Positions 28,399 through 37,015 of a stretch of 64,000 nucleotides of DNA are shown in pieces; positions within the stretch are counted from its first letter, which is position 1; every line of letters starts with the position of its first letter. The position numbers were made by a program, and so were the translations under genes. Under the pieces are notes generated by a model. That model ran no database searches and was not told the origin of the DNA. It saw only the letters and a program-made list of their open reading frames with translations. Origin of the DNA: an uncultured Bacteroidota bacterium (lineage in GTDB: Bacteria; Bacteroidota; Bacteroidia; 2-12-FULL-35-15); the NCBI GenBank assembly GCA_903870175.1, contig CAIQBY010000166.1:1395-65394 (forward strand), in the 5' to 3' direction.

Positions 28399-29604
28399 TT
28401 ATTGGGGTATTATAATTGTAAATGTTGTTCCTGTATTTTCTATGCTTTCAAAGTCCAGTGAGCCATTCATAAGTTCTGCGTATTTCGCAACTATGTTTAA
28501 TCCTAAACCAGTTCCTTGAATATGTGTAGCGTTATGCCCTCTGAAAAAACGCTCGAATAAATGTTTCTGGTCTTCCTTGGAAATACCAATTCCATTATCT
28601 TTCACTGAAATTTTTATTGATGAATTTAAAACCTGTGCACTTATTTCAACTATTCCTCCTTCAGGAGAAAATTTCAATGCATTTGAAACCAGATTAAATA
28701 AAACATTTTTCAAAAGCTTCTTATCTACCATAACCATTTCATTGCCGGTATGCAACTGATTTATCTTTTGTCCGTTGGTAGCCATCGATTGCATCTCGGA
28801 AATAACATCTGAAATAAACTTCTTCAGGTTTATTTCTTCCGGCATGTTTTCAATTTTCCCTTCTTCCAGTTTACTTACAGAAAGGAAATCATTCAATATA
28901 TCTGTCAGATTATTTATTGAAGTTTTTATTTTTGCAACATGCTTCAACTGGCTTTCTTTATCATTTTGTTCTCCATACTTGGTAACCAGGCTTAGAGAAG
29001 ACATCATAGTTGTAAGCGGAGTTCTGAATTCGTGAGAAGCCATTGAAACAAATCGTGATTTTAATTCATTCAACTCTTTTTCTTTATTAAGTGAATTGTG
29101 TAAATCTATTTTTGTTTTCTCTAATTCTTCTATTGCTTCTTCCAAAATAAGAGTTCGGTTCTTTACCTGTTTTTCAAGCTCTGCTGAATAATCTTTCAGT
29201 TTTTCTTCAGCAAGTTTTCTTACTGTAATATCAATTATAAAAGCAATTACATATTTGCCAGTTAAGCCAATATAAGGGCTCAAACTAATTTCAACAGGAA
29301 ACTCGGAGCCGTCTTTTTTCAATCCATATAACTCTCTCCCTGCGCCCATAGTACGCGGGCTGGGAGCATGATTATATTTTTCTCTTTGGTCAACATGCTT
29401 ATGAGTAAGCCGTTTTGGAATCAACAATTCTATTTTTTTCCCTTTAAGTTCTCCAGTTTCATAACCAAAAAGCCTCTCCGCACTCGGATTAGCGCGAGTA
29501 ATTTCTCCACTCTCGTTTGCAACAATAATACCTTCAGACGCGAATAAAAAAAGCGCGTCAACACCTTCTTTACTATCCATTTTGTTTTTTACTATATTAT
29601 CCAT
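28399..29604 (-). CDS. PAS-domain sensor histidine kinase
   Basis: 401 aa. PAS, H-box (HEFRTPL), and HATPase (GTGLGLNIV). Overlaps/abuts the response regulator gene. Confidence 0.9.
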   Translation of the reverse strand: MDNIVKNKMDSKEGVDALFLFASEGIIVANESGEITRANPSAERLFGYETGELKGKKIELLIPKRLTHKHVDQREKYNHAPSPRTMGAGRELYGLKKDGSEFPVEISLSPYIGLTGKYVIAFIIDITVRKLAEEKLKDYSAELEKQVKNRTLILEEAIEELEKTKIDLHNSLNKEKELNELKSRFVSMASHEFRTPLTTMMSSLSLVTKYGEQNDKESQLKHVAKIKTSINNLTDILNDFLSVSKLEEGKIENMPEEINLKKFISDVISEMQSMATNGQKINQLHTGNEMVMVDKKLLKNVLFNLVSNALKFSPEGGIVEISAQVLNSSIKISVKDNGIGISKEDQKHLFERFFRGHNATHIQGTGLGLNIVAKYAELMNGSLDFESIENTGTTFTIIIPQ

Positions 29605-29741
29605 CGCAAATCTAAGAAAATTAATCTACAATAATAGAAACTTTGTTTTTTTCAAAATATGACGAAAGTCAGTTTTTGGTCTGACCGACCTCAGAACGGG
29701 ATAGTTTTGCAAAGTCGATATTTGTCAAATATTAATAAATT

Positions 29742-32156
29742 ATGAAACCAAATAATTACAAAGTTGATAAATCTACGCTTGTTGAGTGCTACCACTGTGG
29801 CGAATCCTGCAAAGCAGAAACAATTCATTTTGATGAAAAAAGTTTTTGTTGCGAAGGATGCAAGCTTGTTTACGATATTTTAAAAGAAAATAATCTTTGC
29901 ACCTATTATAATCTTAATACCAATCCCGGTATATCTCCGGCAAAATTTCTTTATTCGGGCAAGTACAGTTATCTGGATAATGAAGAAATAAGGAAAAAGC
30001 TCATTCGATTTACTGATGGGCACCAGACACATATAACTTTTTATATCCCTAAAATACATTGCAGTTCATGTATCTGGTTGCTCGAAAACCTTCATCGTTT
30101 GAATGAAGGAGTTATCAGTTCGACTGTAAATTTTCTGAAGAAAGAAGCGACAATTGTATTTAACAGTGAGAAAGTGAAACTGTCGGAAATAGCGGAATTG
30201 CTTGGACATATAGGATATGAGCCTCTGATAAATCTGAATGATTTGGAAAGCAAACCCGAAAAGGCAACAAACAGAACTCAGATAATAAAGATAGGACTTG
30301 CAGGTTTTTGTTTCGGTAATATAATGATGTTGAGTTTTCCTGAATATTTTTCGCTGGGCAATTTTCATGAGCAACCCGAACTTAAAACATTTTTCGGGTA
30401 TCTCAATCTTATACTTTCTCTACCAGTATTTTTTTATAGTTCTTCCGGATTTTTTGTTTCTGCATGGAAAAGTATTCAATATAAATACCTGAATATTGAT
30501 GCGCCCATCGCGCTTGCATTGGTTGTAACTTTTCTGCGAAGTGCTTATGAAATACTTACTCATACCGGTGCCGGATATATGGATTCGCTTTGCGGAATCA
30601 CTTTTTTTATGCTTGTCGGCAGGTTTTTTCAGAACAGAACTTATGAAACACTTTCTTTTGAACGCGACTATAAATCATACTTTCCGGTAGGTGTTACCGT
30701 AAAAAAAGATAATGGTACGGAAGAAAATCTACCCGTATCTCAACTCAAAAAAGGCAATAGGATTATCATCAGAAATAATGAATTAATTCCTTCGGATTCT
30801 GTTTTACTGAGCGAACAAACTCATATTGATTATAGCTTTATCACCGGCGAATCGGAACCTGTAAGCAAGAAAAGAGGTGAACTTATATATGCAGGCGGGA
30901 AACAACTGGATGGTGCTGTGGAGCTCGAAATTATTAATCCTACATCACAAAGTTATCTTACTCAGCTTTGGAACAAAGAAAGCAAAGCCCAGCAGACAGA
31001 GGGAAATCAGACGTATATCGACCGGATAAATAAATATTTTACAATAATTGTTTTGATTATTGCTTTTGCCGCTGCCGGATACTGGATGATAATGGACAGC
31101 AGCAAAGCGCTGAATGCCTTTACGGCTGTGCTTATTGTGGCTTGCCCTTGCGGATTGCTTTTGACCAATACTTTTGCGACAGGTAATATTCTTCGCATAT
31201 TGGGCAGTAATAAATTCTATCTAAAAAATGCTGCTGTTATTGATAAATTAGCGAAAACAGATACTGTTCTTTTTGATAAAACAGGAACAATTACGCATGG
31301 TTCGGCAGTTGATTTTGTAGGACCTAAATTAAAAGAATACGATTTGCAACTTGTTACTTCGCTTGCTGCGCAATCATCTCACCCATTGAGCAGAAAGATT
31401 CATACTCAATTTGAAACAGGAAAACTATTTACTGTTAAAGATTTTATAGAAATACCGGGCAAAGGAACGAAAGGATATGTGGATGGAAAATATATGATAC
31501 TCGGTTCCGAATATTTTGTAACGGGCGCTGTTTCTTCCTCTGCCAATACTTCGGCTAAAGTATTTCTGATGATTGATGGAGAAATAATCGGTTATTTTAG
31601 TTTTGCAAACGCCTATCGTTCGGGGTTGAATAAAGTGGTAATGAAACTTTCTGAAACTTTAAATCTGAAACTTTTATCGGGTGATAATGACTCGGAACGA
31701 ACAACTCTTGAAACTATATTTGGCAAGAAAGCTGATTTATTTTTTAATCAGAAACCGGAAGAAAAGATGAATTATGTGCAAGGTTTGCAGCATAGCGGAC
31801 ATAAAGTGATGATGATTGGCGATGGGCTGAATGATGCGGGAGCATTGCGTCAGGCGGATGTAGGCATAGCAGTTTCGGATGATACAAATAATTTTTCGCC
31901 GGCTTGCGATGCTATTCTCGATGGTTCTTCATTTGCCAAAATGCCTGCATTTATCAGTCTTGCGAAAGCGAGTAAAAAAGTAATTATTACCACATTTGTA
32001 ATATCTCTTTTCTATAATTTTATAGGGTTATCGTTTTCAGTGCAGGGCATTTTATCGCCTGTGGTAGCAGCTATTCTGATGCCGATAAGTTCGGTTTCCA
32101 TTGTATTGCTTGCTACTGTTTCTACTACTCTTATTGCAAAAAGCAAACGATTGTAA
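29742..32156 (+). CDS. ccoI: Copper-translocating P1B-type ATPase, cbb3 oxidase maturation type (CcoI/FixI)
   Basis: 804 aa. N-terminal Cys-rich metal-binding region, CPC motif (ACPCGL), DKTGT phosphorylation site, and GDGxND hinge. Genomic linkage to the cco cluster. Confidence 0.9.
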   Translation: MKPNNYKVDKSTLVECYHCGESCKAETIHFDEKSFCCEGCKLVYDILKENNLCTYYNLNTNPGISPAKFLYSGKYSYLDNEEIRKKLIRFTDGHQTHITFYIPKIHCSSCIWLLENLHRLNEGVISSTVNFLKKEATIVFNSEKVKLSEIAELLGHIGYEPLINLNDLESKPEKATNRTQIIKIGLAGFCFGNIMMLSFPEYFSLGNFHEQPELKTFFGYLNLILSLPVFFYSSSGFFVSAWKSIQYKYLNIDAPIALALVVTFLRSAYEILTHTGAGYMDSLCGITFFMLVGRFFQNRTYETLSFERDYKSYFPVGVTVKKDNGTEENLPVSQLKKGNRIIIRNNELIPSDSVLLSEQTHIDYSFITGESEPVSKKRGELIYAGGKQLDGAVELEIINPTSQSYLTQLWNKESKAQQTEGNQTYIDRINKYFTIIVLIIAFAAAGYWMIMDSSKALNAFTAVLIVACPCGLLLTNTFATGNILRILGSNKFYLKNAAVIDKLAKTDTVLFDKTGTITHGSAVDFVGPKLKEYDLQLVTSLAAQSSHPLSRKIHTQFETGKLFTVKDFIEIPGKGTKGYVDGKYMILGSEYFVTGAVSSSANTSAKVFLMIDGEIIGYFSFANAYRSGLNKVVMKLSETLNLKLLSGDNDSERTTLETIFGKKADLFFNQKPEEKMNYVQGLQHSGHKVMMIGDGLNDAGALRQADVGIAVSDDTNNFSPACDAILDGSSFAKMPAFISLAKASKKVIITTFVISLFYNFIGLSFSVQGILSPVVAAILMPISSVSIVLLATVSTTLIAKSKRL

Positions 32157-32287
32157 TACTGGTTCATTAGTTTATTTGTTCATTAGTCTGCATAAAAAAA
32201 GCCCCGAATTTCTTCGGAGCTAAATTATCGCATCTTCCTCTCAAACCTCTTTTTAAAGTCAATGCAATAATGAACTATAATTTCTCC

Positions 32288-32950
32288 TTAAATAATAAGC
32301 GTATTAAATGCTTCCCCATCTTCTCCTTTTTCATTTGTAGGGCTTAAATAATAAGCAATCATCCAAAACTGCTTGCCTACATCGGGAAGTGTGAGAAGAC
32401 GTTGAAACTTTGAATTTTTTTCAGGGATTTGAGTCGCATAATCAGTATCCACAGGCACAACTCCAACCGGCATTATTGCTATTTTCCATCCATACGAACC
32501 TGCTCCATAAGGTTTTGTTGTTTTATCTGGGAATTCAGGGTCAAACACAAATAAGCCAATAGACATTGATGATTTTCCGGTACTTGTTACATTTGGTTTC
32601 GCTTTGGTTACCGGTATTTTACTTTTACGTGTTGCTACAATTGGAATTACAAGGCTCAAACGGTCGGCTCCGGTTAACGGCACTATGGCAACATTGCCTC
32701 TCAAAACATTTTTTATTCCCTCGGTTATCACATAATTTGTATTATATAACCCATTCATATCTGATGTAACTCCGCCATTATTTTGAGCAGGGTCGGTGTA
32801 CATATCAAAATTTATAGTCCACGCTTTCCACATATCTGTAAGAACAAGTGCCTGTGCTGCTAATTGTAATCTTACCTGATTATTGTTGATGTAATTTACA
32901 AATATTCTTAAAAAAAAGTTGTAAAGGATAATTTTTATTGAATTTTTCAT
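32288..32950 (-). CDS. Hypothetical protein
   Basis: 220 aa ORF with no recognisable motifs. The start is uncertain. Confidence 0.4.
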   Translation of the reverse strand: MKNSIKIILYNFFLRIFVNYINNNQVRLQLAAQALVLTDMWKAWTINFDMYTDPAQNNGGVTSDMNGLYNTNYVITEGIKNVLRGNVAIVPLTGADRLSLVIPIVATRKSKIPVTKAKPNVTSTGKSSMSIGLFVFDPEFPDKTTKPYGAGSYGWKIAIMPVGVVPVDTDYATQIPEKNSKFQRLLTLPDVGKQFWMIAYYLSPTNEKGEDGEAFNTLII

Positions 32951-33088
32951 GATTTTGTTGTTTTTAATTGTTAAATTATTAATTGTTTATTGCTGATTTT
33001 TTATTGTTAAACTGACCTGTAATTGCTTGATTTGTACTCTTTAAATCCTATTTATTTTTTGGATTCAACCTCCAAAACACATTTTTTT

Positions 33089-33350
33089 ACCTTGTTTTTC
33101 TCCTTGTTTCAATAAGAATGGATATTGTTTGAATGATATCCGATATTATTTGAACAAGAACCAATCTTATTTGAACAAGAACCAATCTTGTTTCAATATG
33201 AACCTACCTTGTTTAAATGATATCCGATCTTGTTTGAATGATATCGGATATTATTTGAACAAGAACCATTATTGTTTCAATAAGAACCAATCTTATTGAA
33301 ACAAGATCCATTCTTGTATGAATAAGATCCATTCTTATTGAAACAAGGAG
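33089..33350. repeat. 21-bp tandem repeat array (~12 units, consensus ~RTTTGAAYAAGAWCCAATCTT) bounded by 24-bp inverted repeats
   Basis: Units include gtttgaatgatatccgatatt, atttgaacaagaaccaatctt and others. The terminal inverted repeat is ctccttgtttcaataagaatggat (33100-33123) paired with atccattcttattgaaacaaggag (33327-33350). Located in an 840-bp divergent intergenic region. Confidence 0.85.
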
Positions 33351-33789
33351 ATTTTTACCCTTTTCAAGTTCTTATTTCCTGTTTTAGAGAACTAAAAATG
33401 CACTTCAAAGAACTGTTTTTTTGCTTTTTAATGTTGAGGAAAGCTTCCTTTAAAAATCTTTTAATCTTTAATAAGACAGATTTAAGGAAGAAGGGGCACA
33501 GAATCTTACTGATGAGTTACCCGCTAACTTTGGATGCATCTCGAAACTATTTGTTTCTACCGGTAAAATTATGTTTTAAACGAATACCAAATGAATAAAT
33601 CTTTTTGAAATACCAGTATTTTCAGATATTTGGGCTGGAGAGGAGTGCTATGATAGATTATAAAAGTTATCAACCGTCTTAAATTATTTTCTTAAAAGAC
33701 GTTTTGAAGAGATAATTGCGTAGTATTTAGAAATTATACGCATTATATTATATACATTTGTATTATCAAATAAATTAATCCTCCTTAAA

Positions 33790-35880
33790 ATGAAAAGAAT
33801 TACTCTCTCCTTATCAGTTATTGTAGCACTTACAATTCTTTCGTTTACAAGCCGAGCACAAACAAATGTGAGTGGCGGAATACACGTAAATACTACTTGG
33901 ACTTTAGCAAATAGTCCGTATATAGTAGTAGATACTGTGGTTGTATTTCCGGGGATAACGCTTACTATACAACCGGGTGTTGTTGTGAAATTTAATAATA
34001 CAATGCAACTTGAAATAAGGCAGGCAACGCTAATAACAAATGGAACAAGTGCAAATCCAATTACTTTTACAAGTAATTCAAGTTCGCCGACACCAGGTAT
34101 TTGGGAAAGTATTTATTTAAACCAATGTGTTTCTGCGGGTTTTAATTACTGTAATTTTAGTTATTCAAAATATGGAATTGCTAATTCAAGTACTCTTCAA
34201 ATATCAATTAAAAACTCAAATTTTACATTTAATACAAATGGAATTTATCAATGTTTTATCAATATGGATTCATGTGTTTTCAAACATAATACAAATGGTA
34301 TTAATACTGCCATGGGTCCTGGGAAAATACTTAATTCCATTTTTACAAATAATCAGAGTGGATTATTAAATAATGACGGCTCCAAAACAATAAATTGTAT
34401 TTTCAATTCCAATCAAACTGGAATAACCATAAGCGGATATAGGGTTTTAATAAAAAATTGTGTAGTTGATTCTAATACCACATTAGGAGTTAGTTTACCC
34501 CCAAGTGGAAATTATGATACCATATTTAATAATCAGATAAAATATAACGGCATTGGTTTGGAAAGTGCCGCTGCTTCAAGTGGTGCAATAATAACTAAAA
34601 ATGTTTTTGATAATAACAATATAGGCATTAAAGAAAGCAATAATGTCGATTCTATATATTGTAATAGAATTTGTAACAGTACTTCCTACGCTTTTTATTA
34701 TAATGCAAATTCTAATTATAATGCATATTTAGGAAATAATTATTTTTGTACCCCCGATTCTATTTCAACAGCAGCTGTAGTTTATGATGGATATGACAAT
34801 ATAAATTATGGCTTAGTAAATTTTATGCCGCTTGATACAACCAATTGTTATCAAACTGGTTGCAATCTTCATGTCTCAGCAAATATTACCAGTGCAACTT
34901 GCAGGACTTGCCCAAATGGTTCAGCAATTGCTCATGTTCTATACGGTTTTCCTCCATATACATACACTTGGTATTCTACACCAATTCAAAACACACAAAC
35001 AGCTATAGGTTTGGCTTCCGGCAATTATGGAATATGTGTTACAGACGCAAACGGATGTTCCGCCTGCGACACTATTTTTGTAGACTCTACAAATTGTACT
35101 GGGTTTTCCATTGTTCCAAACTCAACTAATGCTTCGTGTACTACCTGTGCTGATGGTACAGCTAAAGTTATTCCAACAGGCGGCACAGCACCATATCATT
35201 ATACTTGGTACACTAGCCCTATGCAAACAACAGACTCTATTTCAGGATTAATTCATGGTACTTATCATGTTTGTGTTACTGATGCGAATGGTTGTATATC
35301 CTGCGATTCAACTACTGTGAATGTTGGAAGTTGTTCGGCACATTATAATCTGTATTCTACTGCCACTCCGCATTATTATACAGCTGTGAATATGGCTTCG
35401 GGCGCAGCGCCTTTAACCTATTACTGGAGTTGGGGAGATGGCACACACGATACAGCAGCATATCCAAGTCATACCTATGCTGCAACAGGTTTTTACAATA
35501 TCTGCCTCACTATTACCGATAATGCTGGATGTACCAATACCTATTGTTCTTCATATTATTTACTCCGTCCGCAAAGTCAAATGGTTTATGTAAATGTAAT
35601 TTCAAATACAACAGTTGGTATAAATCAATTGATAGCAGATAATTCTATTTCAATTTATCCCAATCCATTCACCTCCCAAACAACAATTTCTTTTTCTACC
35701 GAACAAACAAATACTTCAATAAAAATAACAGATGTGGTAGGCAAAGAAATAAAAACAATAAACTTTACCGGCACACAATATATTTTGGAAAAAGGAATAA
35801 TGAAGCCAGGTATTTATTTCGTGCAGATAACGGATGCCAATAAAAATGTGGTGAACAGAAAAATAATTATTAATGATTAG
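33790..35880 (+). CDS. Secreted parallel beta-helix / Cys-rich repeat protein with T9SS C-terminal sorting domain
   Basis: 696 aa. Signal peptide. Beta-helix-like N-rich repeats, then three ~80-aa Cys-rich modules (C.TC..G.A...GG.PYTYTWY...GL..G.Y.VCVTDANGC), a PKD-like segment, and a T9SS CTD (SIYPNPF...GIYFVQITD). Confidence 0.8.
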   Translation: MKRITLSLSVIVALTILSFTSRAQTNVSGGIHVNTTWTLANSPYIVVDTVVVFPGITLTIQPGVVVKFNNTMQLEIRQATLITNGTSANPITFTSNSSSPTPGIWESIYLNQCVSAGFNYCNFSYSKYGIANSSTLQISIKNSNFTFNTNGIYQCFINMDSCVFKHNTNGINTAMGPGKILNSIFTNNQSGLLNNDGSKTINCIFNSNQTGITISGYRVLIKNCVVDSNTTLGVSLPPSGNYDTIFNNQIKYNGIGLESAAASSGAIITKNVFDNNNIGIKESNNVDSIYCNRICNSTSYAFYYNANSNYNAYLGNNYFCTPDSISTAAVVYDGYDNINYGLVNFMPLDTTNCYQTGCNLHVSANITSATCRTCPNGSAIAHVLYGFPPYTYTWYSTPIQNTQTAIGLASGNYGICVTDANGCSACDTIFVDSTNCTGFSIVPNSTNASCTTCADGTAKVIPTGGTAPYHYTWYTSPMQTTDSISGLIHGTYHVCVTDANGCISCDSTTVNVGSCSAHYNLYSTATPHYYTAVNMASGAAPLTYYWSWGDGTHDTAAYPSHTYAATGFYNICLTITDNAGCTNTYCSSYYLLRPQSQMVYVNVISNTTVGINQLIADNSISIYPNPFTSQTTISFSTEQTNTSIKITDVVGKEIKTINFTGTQYILEKGIMKPGIYFVQITDANKNVVNRKIIIND

Positions 35881-35898
35881 TTTATAATATCACTCAAA

Positions 35899-35941
35899 CC
35901 AAAAAAACTCTTTACAAAACGTAAAGAGTTTTTTTGTTTTA
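35899..35941. terminator. Bidirectional hairpin terminator (AAAAAAACTCTTTAC..GTAAAGAGTTTTTTT), copy 1 of a 43-bp direct repeat
   Basis: Perfect 11-bp stem flanked by A- and T-runs. Identical sequence (1 mismatch) recurs at 36556..36598. Confidence 0.75.
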
Positions 35942-35988
35942 AAATAAGAAGGAAGTAAATAACGTATCTTTGTAAGAAAATAAAAACA

Positions 35989-36222
35989 ATGAAAGGGAAA
36001 ATAATAAATATAGACAAGGATATTTTAGGAGGCACGCCGGTATTCAGCGGCACAAGAGTTCCTGTAAAAAATTTATTCGATTATCTGGAAGCAGGTAAAT
36101 CTATTGACGAATTTGTTGAAGACTTTGATACGATAAAGAAAAAACAAATACTTGAACTATTGCAAATATCAAATAAATTATTAATTAACTCAACCAAGAT
36201 ATTAAATGAAAATTTTGCTTGA
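35989..36222 (+). CDS. DUF433-family protein (putative antitoxin)
   Basis: 77 aa. GGTPVFSGTRVPV..L..YLEAG is characteristic of DUF433. Overlaps the downstream gene by 17 bp. Confidence 0.65.
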   Translation: MKGKIINIDKDILGGTPVFSGTRVPVKNLFDYLEAGKSIDEFVEDFDTIKKKQILELLQISNKLLINSTKILNENFA

Positions 36223-36529
36223 TGAGTGTGTTACCAAAAAAATAAAAACTTTACTTCCCGAGCATAAAGTTTTTACAATAGGACAAATGGGATGGGCTGG
36301 ACTTAAAAATGGGAAGTTGCTTACTAAAGCTGTTGAAAACAAGTTTGACATATTGCTTACGATTGATAAAAATATTAATTACCAACAAAACATTTCGAAA
36401 TATAATATTTCGCTTATTGTATTAAATGTAAATGACAGTAATATTGAAACAATAGCAGATTTTATTCCGAATTTTAATGCGCAAATAAAAAAAATTGAAA
36501 AAGGGAGAACGTATCTTATTGAGAAATAA
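36206..36529 (+). CDS. DUF5615-family PIN-like protein (putative toxin)
   Basis: 107 aa. MKILLDECV..K N-terminus typical of DUF5615 proteins, which pair with DUF433. Confidence 0.6.
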   Translation: MKILLDECVTKKIKTLLPEHKVFTIGQMGWAGLKNGKLLTKAVENKFDILLTIDKNINYQQNISKYNISLIVLNVNDSNIETIADFIPNFNAQIKKIEKGRTYLIEK

Positions 36530-36555
36530 TATGTGATTCTACTCATTACTTTACT

Positions 36556-36598
36556 ACAAAAAAACTCTTTACAAAACGTAAAGAGTTTTTTTGTTTTA
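36556..36598. terminator. Hairpin terminator, copy 2 of the 43-bp direct repeat
   Basis: Same sequence as 35899..35941, immediately after the DUF5615 gene. Confidence 0.75.
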
Positions 36599-36801
36599 TG
36601 CAGTTTCAGTAAATACACTTCCCCATCAACCCAATCTGGGAAATATGCTAGCCATATAACACCAAGCTTAGCAGTTCTGCGTCTTTTAACCTTGAAAACT
36701 CAGAAATAAAAAACTGACTAATATCAGTTTTTTTAATGATTTCTCTCATGTATGTAATTTAAATATCCTTCTATTTTTGCTCTGTAAAAAAACAGAAAAT
36801 A

Positions 36802-36990
36802 ATGGGCGTTTTAGTCATTTTAGTAGGTATAAGTATTATAGTAGCATTAGGGTTCTTAATCGCTTTTATATGGAGTGTGAAAACGGGGCAGTATGAAGAT
36901 GATTATACACCGTCAGTAAGAATGCTGTTTGACAACGAACCGATAATAAAAAAGAGTAACGAAGATAAATCAATAATAAATAATCAGTAA
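36802..36990 (+). CDS. ccoS: cbb3-type cytochrome oxidase maturation protein CcoS/FixS
   Basis: 62 aa. A single TM (VLVILVGISIIVALGFLIAFIWSVKTGQYED), typical of CcoS. Upstream of ccoNO. Confidence 0.7.
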   Translation: MGVLVILVGISIIVALGFLIAFIWSVKTGQYEDDYTPSVRMLFDNEPIIKKSNEDKSIINNQ

Positions 36991-37015
36991 TAAATAATCA
37001 ATAATCAGTAACACT

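Noticed and set aside
33338-33598. 86-aa ORF in the repeat-rich intergenic region
   Set aside because: It starts inside the inverted-repeat element, has no conserved features or start context, and is more likely noncoding.
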